Of a stretch of DNA of 64,000 bases, positions 51,072 to 64,000 are shown piece after piece. Source of the DNA: Camelus ferus (Eukaryota); the NCBI RefSeq assembly GCF_009834535.1, contig NC_045697.1, forward strand, positions 21,392,001 to 21,456,000. Direction: 5' to 3'. A program made the translations under genes and the position numbers. Numbering within the stretch: the stretch's first letter is position 1; each line of letters begins with the position of its first letter. The notes beneath the pieces are model-generated. The model did no database searches, was not told where the DNA came from, and saw nothing but the letters and a program-made list of their open reading frames with translations.

Positions 51072-51531
51072 AAAAATACGAAAAAGAAAAATTCTTTCTG
51101 AAATCTCACTTACAAATTAGGCAATGATCTAGGCCTGGAAGTGGCTCTCAAAAGTAACCATAGACAGGATTATTCATTATTTTTTTCAGCTGTGATCAGT
51201 AAATTTAATAGAGACTTCATGTTGTTGTCTGAATGCTATGTATGTATGTATGTGTGTGTTTCTTTCCGCTCAGAATTGTACCAGAGTGTCAAGTAACATT
51301 TGAAAAGAAGCTTTCCCATGTTTTTGACTAAAGACTAAATTTCAGAATATGCCAGCATAATAATTGATAATATTTTTGAGAATTTACTATTTGTTATCCA
51401 CTGTCTTAAGCTATATTGTAAATAGAGATCTTTCTTAAAGCAATGAGAGGTGCTGGAGTATTGACTGTAAATTTGAATTTTAAAAATAATTGTTTAAAAT
51501 TAAAATTATAAAACTTAAGTTGACTATTAGC

Positions 51532-51889
51532 ATATTACTCAGCCATAAAAAGAAATAAAACAATGCCATTTGCAGCAACATGGCTGGACCTAGAGATTAT
51601 CATACTAAGTGAAGTAAGTCAGAGAAAGACAAATATCAGTATATCACTTATATGTAGAATTTTTAAAAAATGGTACAAATGAATTTATTTATAAAATATA
51701 AACCAACTCCTAGTCATAGAAAACAAATTTATAATTACCAAAGGGAAAATAGGGAGGAGTGATAAATAAGGAGTTTACAGTTAATAGATAAAAACTACTA
51801 TATACAAAATAAGTAAACAACAAGGTCCTATTATATAGCAGAGGGAACTGTATTCAATATCTTCTAATAAACTATAATGGAAAAGAAAA
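51532..51889 (+). mobile_element. L1 3' fragment, truncated at both ends
   Basis: 'tattactcagccataaaaagaaataaaacaatgccatttgcagcaacatggctggacctagagattatcatactaagtgaagtaagtcaga...gggaactgtattcaatatctt'. Confidence 0.88.
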
Positions 51890-53510
51890 ACACTTAAACT
51901 GACTAACAAATATGTAATATTGTAAGCAATCTTCATGTATGTTCGTGTGTTTAATAGGAATAGTAATGAAATTAATGTCTTTTTAAAGAAATATAGGTAT
52001 TGAAATTGAAATTTACTAAAGAAATCGATAAAATTCTTCCCAAAGATACAAAAAACAGATTCTTTTAAAAGATATACTATCTTGATAATAAAACTTTTTT
52101 GTCTGTTTGTAATTATTTGTAAAAACTTTAAATAAAATGAAAAGTAGGTCATGAAAATTTTTAAAGAAACGCAAGACGTTAAATCAAGTCATTAGAGGTG
52201 AAGGGGATCTTAGAGTTGGCCTCCTGCTGAGAAGGGACCATGAGATAATTGTCATACTTTATGAAATTTTCTTAAAGCAGGTATTGCACATGTATTACTT
52301 TTTCCCTTTATTGTTTTATTGCCCCTTAATTTTAACCCCCCAAAATACTTGATGTTATCTGTATTTCTTTAGCTGGAGCAGTCAAGTACCTTCCAACTAT
52401 GTGAAAAAACTTACAGATAATTACATTTTTCCAGAAAGAACTCCAATCACAAAAGCCTCACTGGACCTTAATTCATCAAATAACAAAAGCCTATTCTCAG
52501 CATTTCTTGGACTAGAAAAATAAATTCTCCTGCCTCCAACAATTCTAGAAATTGCCATAACTGGTTTGACCCCTCTAAAAGCTACAGTTACAGCATTCTC
52601 TACACTGTCAACATCGGATTATTAGAAAAGAAATAAGACTTTTAAAAGGAGTCAAAACTTCAACAAGAAAAAGTATAATATGTGGTTTTGCTTGAACTTT
52701 TAAAGTAGAATCATGCATATTCTACATAATAATACAAATTAACTGGAAAATACTAATCATAAATGTGTATGGGTAAATAAAAATAAATGAACAAGGGGAA
52801 CTAACTAATAAACAATCAGTCACAAAAAAGAAGAAGAAAGAGGTAAAGAATTATTAAGCGCCCATATCTAAAGAACCATCCCCACTGAAGTCCATAGAAC
52901 CATTAAGCTTAGAATTCTCTGATCTAGCCTTTGACCAGACTTGACTTTGCATTTAGCATTTATCCTGGAAAAATGACTGTGGCAGCTTAGCAGCAACATG
53001 GAAGCTAAGGCCATTTTGAAAAAGGCTCCATTTCACTGTGCTTGCATCAAAATTCTTAAGAGACAGTAAATCACCTTCTGCAAGATGACCTATGTGTTTT
53101 GGATTGAAAGGTAGAAGATAAAAAGATAAGCGCTACACTGTTTTATATTCTGATCCCTTCTCTGTGTTTCTCATATTTCCCTTCTCTGTGTCAAACTACT
53201 CTGTTCTTGATTCTATACATCTAAGAATTATTTGTCTACAGATCTGCAGATTTCTCTGACAGGTATAGTCACACAGAAATCCTGAATGACTCATTCTTGT
53301 TTTAAATGTCTGGTAGAGAGCAAGTGAAAGGAATCAGTCATGGGCTAGTCAGGAGTAGCCGGCAGGGGAGAGAAGAGGACACTCATGGCAGCTAAGGGCA
53401 CTTCTCTCCAGTGGGCAAAAGTAGACACTTCATGTATCTTGCAATACATAGGGAGAAAAAGATCTATCAAGAGTAAACAGTCATACTTTATAAGAAGTTT
53501 CTAGAGTTTC

Positions 53511-54019
53511 TGTTACTAAACTAAACTTAGGTCTGCTTGCCTGTGTGGGGTGAAGCCAACCTACTGACATCAGGCGGTGGTGAAGGGAAGTGCAGTGTTT
53601 ACTGCGGGATGCCAAGCAAGGAGTCCGGCAGCTAGTGCTTGAAAGACTCAAACTCCTGAATTTCCAGATGGCTTTCGGGGAAAGGGTTTTACCTGCTGGT
53701 GGGCAATCTAGAGTTCACTTCTTCCCCCTGGTGGGGGTTTCAGTATCTACAAAACAGCTCAAAGAATAGCTCAGAATATTATCCATTGCCCTTGAGGAGG
53801 AACCAAATGTCCTTAATTTTGTTTAATGGCTAAATTAGTATTATTCTATATTGCTCTACTGTTTTCCTTTGCTTCTGCATTTTCTCACCTTTCTGATTAA
53901 ATGCATAATTTTGAACTGAGGGAAGGCCTAGGAAACTAATTGTTTTCTAGAAACAAGAGGCAGGTGGAGGACCTGGGTGGGCTGTCCCAGGAAGGCCCCA
54001 TAGGCCCTGCTTGGTTACA
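53511..54019 (-). mobile_element. ERV1-class solo LTR with 4 bp TSD tttc
   Basis: Ends TGTTAC...GTTACA. tttc lies at 53507-53510 and 54020-54023. The internal sequence 'ggtgaagggaagtgcagtgtttactgc...gccaagcaaggagtccggcagct' resembles cetartiodactyl ERV1 LTRs. Confidence 0.85.
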
Positions 54020-55305
54020 TTTCCAGCAAGCCAGTACATATAGGAGGATTTATCGGTTGAGCACTGATTCTTTTGGCCAAATGTGATCCAATCTTTTGGG
54101 GCATTTACTGCTTGTTAAAATTCCTGGTAATGTCCTATTTATTGCATGGCAAATTTTAAGTTAAAGTAACTACCATTTTTGTTATTAAAGAATTATGCTT
54201 CCTAAGTTGTTTATCTCTGTTTCTTCAGTCATAACTCCATCAAGTTTTATATTGTTTCTCACTGCTTAACACCTCCATAAATCTCTCGGGAAATTTTTAT
54301 TTTATACTTCTTTGCAATTATGTTTAAATGATTTCCTACAAATTGTAGTTCATCTTTTGGTTTGGCAATAATTACTTGATTATCTTCAAATAACCTCAAT
54401 TGAATTATGTTCTTACTTATGAATTAAATAGCACTTTCTAGACTCAATTACCATTTGAAAATAATTCATTGACTTATATGAAAATACAATAAATGAGTCT
54501 CATTTTCTACACATCATCTTTATTCACTTGGATTTTTCTATCTATAAATAAAACTTAAATTTCTCTGGATGTCTAGAAATTATAAGTGATGAGTAAAGCT
54601 GTTGCAATATTATCTTGCTTTACAGTTTTTCATTATATCTTCCAATTTAATTTCTCGTGTTTTCTAATAGGCAAGTGTATTCACAATGAACTTTCGACAG
54701 TTTCTCTCCTTTTGTATCTAAAATGGAGCCTAGTCCTTTAGTTTTAGAGATTGTTGCAGAGGGGAAAAAAAAAAAAAAGAAGCAGCCAAAATCAGCATTG
54801 CTTCATATTTGGGAAAAATTCAGCCACTTGAGAAGGTATTTAGAGTTCTGGAAGGGGTATGGAGAGGAAGAAGGATATTTAAGACAGAAGGAGAATTAGA
54901 GCGGGAAGGTGGGTGATAATTTCAGGGACTGGAAAATCAAGGGAATGTTCATAAAAGAAGAAGACTAGATTCTGCTTCCAAATGTATTAAGAGCCACACG
55001 AGATTTACTGAAGATAAATAGAGAATTTTCAATCCAAGATGGCAAGATGGTCCACTGGCTGAATGCACTGCCATCTCCTCCTTTACTTGATCATGGAAAT
55101 TGTAGACAAGAATGGGGTAAAAAGTATTTCTGACCCAAATTTTACAACAAGAATATCTGATGGCAGAGAAGGTGGGTCTTATCTTTAAAACATCAAACAT
55201 AAGAAGCAAACTTTAGGCTAAATGTGCTGCAGAATGTGAACCACGAGAGAACTCCCTGGCCCACAGCATGGGCTGATACTCACAAGAAATAGACTGGAGC
55301 CCAGG

Positions 55306-55808
55306 CGTATTCATCTTCCATGGCTGTTGTAACAAATTATTACAAATTTAGTGGCTTACAAAAACACAAATGATTATGATACAGTTTTGAAGGTCAGAAG
55401 TCTGAAATAGGTCTTTTTGGGGTAACACCAAGGTCTTGTCAAGGATATGTTCCTTCCATAGGTTCCAGAGGGGAATCTGTGTCTTTGCCTTTTCCAGCTT
55501 CTAGAGGCCTCCTGCATTCCTTCACTCATGATCCTTTCCTCCACTTTAAAAGCCAACATCATAGCGTCTTCAAATTTCTCTCTGAACGCGACCTCTGCTT
55601 CAATTGTCATATGACTCTGTCTGCTTCTGACCCTCCTCCCTCCCCTATAAGTGATCTTGTGATTATAGTGAGACCATCCTGATAGTCCAGGATACTTTTT
55701 ATCTCGAGATTTTTAATTTCATGATATCTGCAAAGGCTCTTTTAGATTTAAGGTACTACATGGACAGGTTTGGAGATTAGGGTGTGGACATCATTCTGCC
55801 TATCTACA
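55306..55808 (-). mobile_element. MaLR solo LTR (MLT1D-like)
   Basis: 'ggctgttgtaacaaattattacaaatttagtggctt...ggtcagaagtctgaaatagg...ttttccagcttctagaggc...atctgcaaag...attagggtgtggacatc...attctgccta'. Confidence 0.85.
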
Positions 55809-56439
55809 ACATACCAGTTCTTACTTTTCCAACCTGGATGCTATAGTGCCTCTCATAAGAAATAGGTGCCCCTTTCAGGGAGCTAATCACACTTGACCTA
55901 GAAGTTAAAAAAGCTAAAAGATCTGAGGGAAGGTGAGGGAATTGCAGACCCAGCCCCTGACTCATAGAAACATGAGGACCCAGCAGATAAATAAAAACAC
56001 ATGTGAGCTACAAAAGCTTCTGGTGACCCTTCCCCAACTTTTAGAGCATAAGACAGTAATGCAGCTGCTTTTCATAGCTCATGCAAAAAATGAATATTGT
56101 GCCTGAATCCAGCAAGGGAATACATGCAAGTCAAGTTGATACATTACAAAACCATTACAGCTGCTACCACATATGCTGGGAGACACTAAGTTGAGCATTA
56201 CTGAAGAAGTTATCTTTGATGTCCTGCTCCATGAAGGATGGACTACCTTTATGATGTAATATCAATCCTAGTCTTCAGTCAACTATCATTAGTAAGCCTT
56301 TTGTTTTTTTCTATAGCTGAACCAACTGGCTGTAATTTGTTCCACATGTATAATATATCCAAGGCCTCCTTGTAGCCCAACATTTAATTCATAACATTTT
56401 ACCAACAATTTGAGTTTCTTTGATCATCCATTAGTAGAG

Positions 56440-56660
56440 ATTCACTGCACTAGGATAGTCAAGATTTCTTTACATAGTGACTCGGGCCCCAAGAAAGCAA
56501 AAGCAAAAGTTGCAAAACCCCTTAAAGCCCAAGCATGGAATGTACAAAGTATCTCTTTCACTACATTCTGTTCATCCAAACAAGTCACAAAGCCAGGTGG
56601 AGCGAAGTGGAAGAATACAAGAAGGCAGGAACTCACAGGATGTGATTATTGGGGGATTAG
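56440..56660 (-). mobile_element. Old MaLR (MLT1) fragment
   Basis: 'ctttcactacattctgttcatccaaacaagtcacaaagccag'. Confidence 0.55.
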
Positions 56661-56921
56661 GGAGTGGGGAGGGAAGTTTGTAAGAATTTGATACAAAAGT
56701 TGTAGTCATCAAACCTTCACATGCACACCTTCTCAATCTTTTATACAACGTTATGAAGACTCAATTCAGCATTCAGATCAGAACTTTGTATTTCTAATAT
56801 TCAAGTTCTAACTCTAGGGCTAGATCTACTTACTGCCTGGGTCTGGGTGTGCTGTGAAAACCAGTCCCCAGAGGGTAGCTGTAGAGTGGAGCAGAGATCC
56901 AGGGGAAAGCCATAAAGATAT

Positions 56922-56924
<3 letters not shown>

Positions 56925-56974
<50 letters not shown>
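56925..56974. repeat. (GT)25 perfect microsatellite
   Basis: Direct reading; it produces the THTH ORF artefacts. Confidence 0.97.
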
Positions 56975-56976
<2 letters not shown>

Positions 56977-58994
56977 TGAGACAGAGAAAGAGACAAAGAA
57001 TCTGCCTTGGTTCCAGATGGCTTTCCAGTCTTCGGTCTCTTGTGAAGTCCAAGGATATTCATTTACTTGATATTCTGAGCTCAACCTGAGGCGTAACAAT
57101 AGATCCTCCAAACCTAAATATCTGAAATGTGTTGATGTTTTTTGAAGTCAGACAACTAACATGTGGATGACTGATGAGTTTTTTCAGAATGAACATTTAT
57201 AAAATCATTATCTCATTTTTTTTATTAATTCATAAAACTTTCATTCCATGCATGTGCATTCCATATGTTCTATTACACTCTGAAATGCTGTCTCAGGACT
57301 TTTTCTTTGGAATTGAATTTAAGTTTTGTTAGGTGCTTTTTTAAAACTTGTTTTAAATGCTATATGATTGTTTATAATCTTCCCTTGCTTTACTCTCATG
57401 CCTCATGTCTCAACACTCCCTATCAAGAACTGTTTGCTTCTGCCTTCCTGTATCACTGAACTTTCTCCCAAAGCACCATTTCTCTATTGTCCTCAAACCT
57501 GGACTGTATTCTTGACTCTACCTAGAATAACTTTCTCCCACTCAACCTTCCCAAGACTAACTCCAGCTCCCACCCTAGCCAAGCCAAGCTCCACCGCCCA
57601 CTCTTTTCGAGTGTAGTTCTTTTTTAATTTTTATGCCTAGCTCTTCTTCTAAGAAGACTTGGAAATAACTAGTACTTACTTTCACATTTTACTGCGAGTG
57701 CTTTTTAGTATCTGTATCTCCCACCAGAGTATAAACTCTTGAAAACATGATCAGGTTTTTATTCCAGGTATCTAACAAACAGCAACTAATGCAATGTACT
57801 TTAATAAATTAGTTTACTTTGATCTTATGTGTCCTTTCTTATTTCATAATCTCATTTTGATTTATAAAGTTGGTCCAGGATTCATCAATGCTCCGTAAAT
57901 AATATGTTCAATTTTGCTTTCAGGCTTGCTGAGGACAACTATAATCTCCCATTCTCCATTCGTGTTTAAATTCAAGAGACAAATACTATCACTTTATATA
58001 AGAAAATCAGAGGATGAAACACATTGTCATGTGATCTTGATCACAGATGATTAATAATCAAGCCCAACTTTCATTTCGCATCTCCCAGTTTTGTGGGCTT
58101 TTTTCTCAGTCAAGTTATTAACACTTATTTGCGTATAATGCTTTTTTTAATCTGGTTAATTAAATGTTTCCATGTATACAGCAACTTCTATAATTTAATT
58201 AATTCTTAATTTTTTAATATTATTTCACTATTAATTTTATATTTTCTACATTAGCAAATCCAATGTTTTTAGTTGATCCTTACCACTAAACATCATTATT
58301 AAAATCAATAATAGATGCATTTTTCACTTCCATGTGAAAATAAAATGCTTTTGATTTACAGTTTATTATATTTATGACTCTTATGAATATCCTTTTGCAG
58401 TTGTAGTATCATAATTGATTTTTCCTTTCTCCATACCTCAATTTCCACTTAGGAGAAATTGGAATAAACAACTTATATATTCCCAGATTAAATTATTTCC
58501 TACTTTTTCCTCAATACTAGCATTCCAAAATATTAATGTGTGTTTTGATATCCATATCAGTTGTATGTTTCATCAGGACTGTTAAAATGTGAAGAACATT
58601 TTGAATCATAGTAATGCATTATATCATCAGTGAATTTGAAAACTGGTAAATAAATTTCTTTATTGATAAACCCTTAGTGTACAAAAATATGTACTAAAAC
58701 AAACCTATAAGCAAGGGAAAATAGATGGCAATTATATTTGCTTCTATAGTTTCTTTGGATTAAAAAATAAGGGAGATGTATAGACAGCCTTGCAGAAATA
58801 AACCAATTCATGAGGAGCAGAGCTTTCTTATCTACCTCATTGTCTAGCCTGTAATTTAAACTGACTGTCTCATGAGACATAAAGTGTGTGTGTATGTGTG
58901 TGTGTATAATTGTATATTAATATTGTATTATATTTTTTACTGCTGGAATAAAACAAATCAGAGTGTCAATTGTGTATATTATTAAACTCTCATG

Positions 58995-59730
58995 GTGTGT
59001 TAGTTATTTATTGCAGCATACCAAATTACTCCAAATGGCGGCGTAAAGCAAAAAAGATCATTCTAACATGTGTGTTTTCACAACTAAATGTCTTATCTAG
59101 ACAGTGTCTTTAAAACAGTACATATTTTTTAAGTTATAGGCCTCTGTTTTCCTCCTAGCCCTCAATACTTAATCTCAATTTAATGACAGCTACCTTGGGA
59201 CCATCTCAAAGGGTTTGCCTGAGATAGCAATGTCCTTAATCCAATTTTGGCTAGTCAGTACACATCCTTTATAAAGTGGATCACCAAAGTAGCATGCTGC
59301 TAAATCTGCAGCTTCACGACACTTTTTAATTGCTTCAGTTTCTGGTGCAGAATTATTTGATGAATTAAAGACTTCATATGATGATGCATTCAGTCAACTC
59401 CAATTGCTTACCACAGACAGAAAGCTTCTTAGTCAAACTTTATACCTTTCCATCTTTGTTGGTGGAGAAGCTACTTCAAAACGATAATATAGAACTTGGC
59501 TAAAAGTGGTAAGAAGGAACCAGCACACAGATTTTTAAAAAACTTCTGCTACCACGTCCCTTTCAACACCATTGGCATGAGTTCTGCCCCTATTTTCTTC
59601 TTAAACTTCATGTCTCTTGACATACGTAGCCACAAGGCTAGGAAATCCATTCTTAATGTCATCGAGTAAAGTTCTTAGCTAAGAACCAGTGGTTCAATTA
59701 CTAAGAAAGAAAATATAGAGGGAAAAAGTA
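58995..59730 (-). mobile_element. Old MaLR LTR and internal fragments
   Basis: Starts 'tgtgttagttattttattgcagcataccaaattactccaaa' and ends 'agctaagaaccagtggttcaattactaagaaaga'. The middle resembles MLT-int. Confidence 0.45.
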
Positions 59731-61869
59731 CAATAGCTGTTAAGACAGACAAGATTTTCAATTTAACATAAAATGCAAATTAAAATCTTTGAATAATTAA
59801 AATTCATGAATATTTTGCAGTGCCCCCCAAAATTGTATCTAGATATGAAAGTAAATAGAAGAAAAATTATATAGATAGACACGGTAATGATAGATAGCTA
59901 TAAATAGATATAGAGGTACACATAAAATCAATGAAATAAACAAAAATAGACAACAAAATTTAAAATAGGGCATATATGATCTCTCTCAGAGAATGCATAG
60001 ACACTCTCTCCTGAAATCAACACAAAAACCTTTTTTTTTTCCAGAAGTTTTATAAAATATTCTCTATACGTTCCAATATTCCTTCAGTACTTTTAGATAC
60101 CTTCACTGATATGACTGTCATTCAAAAAGAAACTCATTTTGGATTATGATGGTGGCTTGTGGATGGATGCCATGGAAGCAGAAACAGGAACACAAAAACT
60201 AATTAGAGAAATTAAATCCTGTGTGCTGTTTGAATATCAAAAGAGAATTTTTCATTGCATATAATTTAAAGAGACAACAAAGTAATTTATGCATTTCTGT
60301 TTTCTGAAATACAATAGATATGTTCAATCATCCTTAAGCTTTAATCTTTTTAGCCAACTTGTATCAGAAAACATAGGAACCTATCAAGCCAATGTATAAA
60401 TTGGGAGAGCTTCCCAACATGTTTCAAAATAGAAAGTGCACGTTGTAGTTGTAAATAATGATTGTTTCTCTACCACAGAATTTACAGACTATCCAGGAGA
60501 GCTAGATACAAAATTCATGGGCAAACAGTCTATGCAAATACAAACACAAAGCAAAAAGGACTAAAGTTTATTTTATACTACATTTTAGACCAAAATAAGT
60601 TATTGGTTTAGGATATTTTTTGTTGTCTCCTTGAGGAAGCGGTCTAAACAGTCTCTACAATGTGGTTGCAAAGGTATTGCAATAAAATTCCAATTTAATT
60701 TAAATAGATAAGTTATATAGTACATAGTTGTATCTGTACTTATTTATGACCAAGATAAGTATAGTTACCAAAGAGTACTCTAAAGTTGAAGCTCCCTATT
60801 AAATATTGCTATATTTTATTTCAAATTTAAATTTATTAAGAAAACATAGATATTTCTCAACACCCCAATTTTGCTACAATTCTCTTTATCTCATAGAATT
60901 TTAAGGAACTATAATGACCGGTCGGACAAAGCTATGAATTAGTGATATATACGTGACTAAAAAGTTGTGCAAACACACAAGACAAAATAAGAGAAAGTAA
61001 AACTAGTGATTTTCTCTCATCTGATAAAGTTTCTATGACCAAGTTCAGAGTCCTCCATCTTTACCCCTAGACTCATCTAATACCAGCAAAAAAAGAGTAT
61101 CTGACTTATATAATCCTTGATTATGATTTGGCTTCATGGAAATAGATCAATTCAGATCCCTATCTTTAGTGATAGAAGGTAATTTCATAAATATTAAATA
61201 AAATAAGCACTGCCTATATTACCTTTCTCAGCTCCTCTCTTAACTCTACCACCATTCTCTATCCAAGATAGAAAGAAGGAAATCTTTACACATCTTTTGA
61301 CAATACTTGATAATTAATTATCTGCAAGAGCAAAACTTTAATTGTAGAAATTTTATGTATGCTTATAGACATTTCAAACTCAAGCTGGTTAAGATTAAAT
61401 TCACTATCTTTCCTCACAACCAAAAAAAAAAAGTTCAGATTTACTTGTGTATTTTTAAATTCTCCATCACTATCTCAATTCAACAATTTTTCTATAATGG
61501 ACCAGGCTCTTCTCCTAAAAAAGAACACAAGAATTGGTGATATTTTCAGAAGAGAATCTATAGAAAACACAGATGCAAAACACAACCATATGTTTGTATG
61601 GCTATTTATTTGACATTCTACTGATATAATGCACCAAGGGCAAAGCCTGTGTAGGTGTGTTTCTGTGTGTCTGTGTGTTGTATATGTGACTGTTTCATGA
61701 ATTTTATTTCTCTAGACCCTTATAAGTTGGTGAATATTTAATATATCACACAATTCCAGATCTCAGACTTATCTGTCATTATTTCTTCCATCCTCAAGCA
61801 AACCTCTGTCCCAAAATCTAAACAGTTGCCAATTTCTATAGATTTTACCTTCATCATACATATTAACTT

Positions 61870-62015
61870 TAGTTAGCAATTGTGTATCAATAGTGATTCA
61901 TTAACTGGAACAAATTAACCATAATAATATAATGTTAATAGTGGAAACTGGGAGTGAAGTATATGGAACCCTAAATTTCACTATGAATCTGAAACTATTC
62001 TGAAAAATAAATACA
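61870..62015 (+). mobile_element. L1MB/MC-like 3' end
   Basis: 'tgtgtatcaatagtgattcattaactggaacaaattaacc...atgttaatagtggaaactggg...tatatggaac...tctgaaactattctgaaaaataaa'. Confidence 0.7.
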
Positions 62016-63169
62016 TTTCAAAATATAGCATGGCAAGATTTCCTTTTTTAACTTGCAACTTTCCTTTTAGAATTTCATAATGAAAAAGAAATTTATAAAA
62101 CCATGTAGTCTATCTCAAGTTAACATATTCTATTTTAAAAGAAGGTAACTGAAAAGGGATTACATAACCCAAATAAATGAATGACTAATGACAGAATTGC
62201 AATAACTTTATCTCTTATGACTTCCTGATTAATCTTGTGAAAATAACTCTGTGATTTTATAATTTCCTTGCCAAAATAAACCTATGGTTTCCAAATTCTT
62301 TTAAAACAGCATCTGCACTTCTATGTTTGGCTTTAAGTTTTTCTCTTTCTCAATCCATATCCAAAACCTGTTTCCCACATCTTCATGAAACAGTCTCTCT
62401 CTTCCATTCAAGTTACCTCCTCATTTTCCCACATGGTGGAAAAATAAGAAAGAAAATGAAGGCGTAAAATTTGTGTGCCTTGCAAACTTTTAGCAGGACC
62501 GTTCCTCCTAGAATATTCTTCCCCTGTCTTCATCTGATGACATTCTGCTCATGTTTTACAGTCCAGCTCAAAATTTACAACTGATAATCAGTATTTTCTG
62601 AATGTGTTATCTAAATGAAATTTTAATCTATAAATACAAAGTTTCTAGAAACCTGCCATTGTCTTCCACTGCAAAGAATTACTAATTTTAAGTTGCATCT
62701 TACACATATTGGAGAGGATTTATGTTATTCAATAAATACTTACTCAACTTGGCACGAATGTAAACTAAAAATGGAAAGGGATGACATCTGTGAAAATCAG
62801 GTTGTGAAGAATAGAGAAGGAATTTGAGATGTTATCAAACATGCCAGTCCAGGAAATGTTGGGTGTGCGATGCTGGTGGAATATTGTTGAGCAGAACTGT
62901 AGAATTAGACAAGTGCTAGAAATTTAAATATAACAGCAGAGAGAGTAATGGTTATTTTAGTGCTGTGTAGGTAGGACAGAAGATAGATCAGAAAATTCAG
63001 ATAGAGTATATATTTACCATGTTCATAGGAATGTACTCATCAATATCATACACATGATCAAAATGGATCTTAAAAATACTTTTGAAGAAATAATTTTAGG
63101 GATAAAAAACAGGAGGAATTGAGATTAAGATGCTCTAACAAAGAATCATAAACATAAAGAAAGAAAACT

Positions 63170-64000
63170 TAATATTAATCTAGTCATGCCGGCTTTCTTA
63201 TGATTGATGTTTGTTTTCCAAACAATTTACTTTTTTCTGATCGATGTCTTATATTTATGGTGGGTTTCTTAGAGACAGTATATATTTGGGTCTTTTTTAT
63301 CCATTCCAACAGTTCCTGGATTTTAATTGGAGGTGTTTAGATTGTTTATACGTGATGAATTTGTTGATATAGTTGGTATAAATCTACTATTTCTATCATT
63401 TTGTTCCCTCTGTTCTTTCTTCCCATTTTTCTTTTCGTTTTCTTCTGGATTAAGTTCATTTTATTTTATTTTATCTCATTTTTGGCTTATTATCTATAAC
63501 TCTCTGTTTTATCATTTTAAAGTTTGTTTAGAATTTTAAAAATATATATCTTTAATGTATCATAGTCTCCCTTCAAACAATATTATACTACTTTATGTAT
63601 AATGCAAAAGCTTAAAACAGTATAATCCTGAATGTTGTGCACTTGTTTTCTTACATTTTACTTCCATATATGTTATAAATCCCACAACACATTGTTGTTA
63701 TTCATTTTGCTTAAACAATTATCCTTCAAAGTAATTTTAAAAATAAGGAAAGTGTCTTTTTATCTGCACATAACCATTTTCATTTTTTATTCTTTCTGTA
63801 GATCACCATTTCAATTTCTTACTGTTTTCTTTCTCCCTGAAGGGCTTTCTTTAACACTCCTCATAGTGATGATAATAGTGATGTTGATGATATATCCTTT
63901 CAGATTTTTATATGTCTCAGGTCTTTACTCTGGCTTCATTTTCAAAATACATTTTGCTGAAATAACATTCTAGTTTGACGTATTTTTCAGTACTTTTAAG
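63170..64000 (-). mobile_element. Old L1 (ORF2 start, inter-ORF and ORF1 end); runs off the window end
   Basis: 'atattaatctagtcatgccggctttcttatgattgatgtttg', 'gggtttcttagagacagtatatatttgggtc' and 'ttcattttcaaaatacattttgctgaaataacattctagtttgac'. Confidence 0.75.

Noticed and set aside
55030..56100. Possible ancient L1/HAL1 5' region flanking the MLT1D LTR
   Set aside because: The only support is a 'tccaagatggc' start motif, too degraded to call without a search.
56826..57111. His/Thr-repeat ORFs (also the IY-repeat ORF at 6730-6948)
   Set aside because: These are translations of the (GT)n and (TA)n microsatellites.

Overview
This is AT-rich, CpG-depleted mammalian non-coding DNA, either intergenic or a large intron. 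It is most likely from a camelid (camel, alpaca or llama), judged from a tRNA-Ala-derived SINE at 50927-51071 and several cetartiodactyl/camelid-type L1 3' ends. I find no recognisable host protein-coding gene, functional RNA gene, CRISPR array or operon. The supplied ORFs are chance ORFs or decayed L1 ORF2 pieces. The window is a layered transposon fossil record: ancient L2/MIR, old L1M fragments (including a ~2 kb endonuclease-to-RT segment at ~36190-38175), hAT DNA transposons, MaLR/ERVL/ERV1 solo LTRs, and younger L1 and SINE insertions with readable target-site duplications (TSDs). The best-supported curiosities are mechanistic: an L1 inserted into the TSD of an earlier L1, a short L1 with a double tail (possible 3' transduction), a 3'-truncated L1 ending just after a new AATAAA, and a minisatellite arising next to an LTR. 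A few unique segments have exon-like or enhancer-like signatures, but these are weak. I do not see evidence for a novel biological system. Repeat family names come from my recollection of consensus sequences, not from a database search, and boundaries of old elements are approximate.
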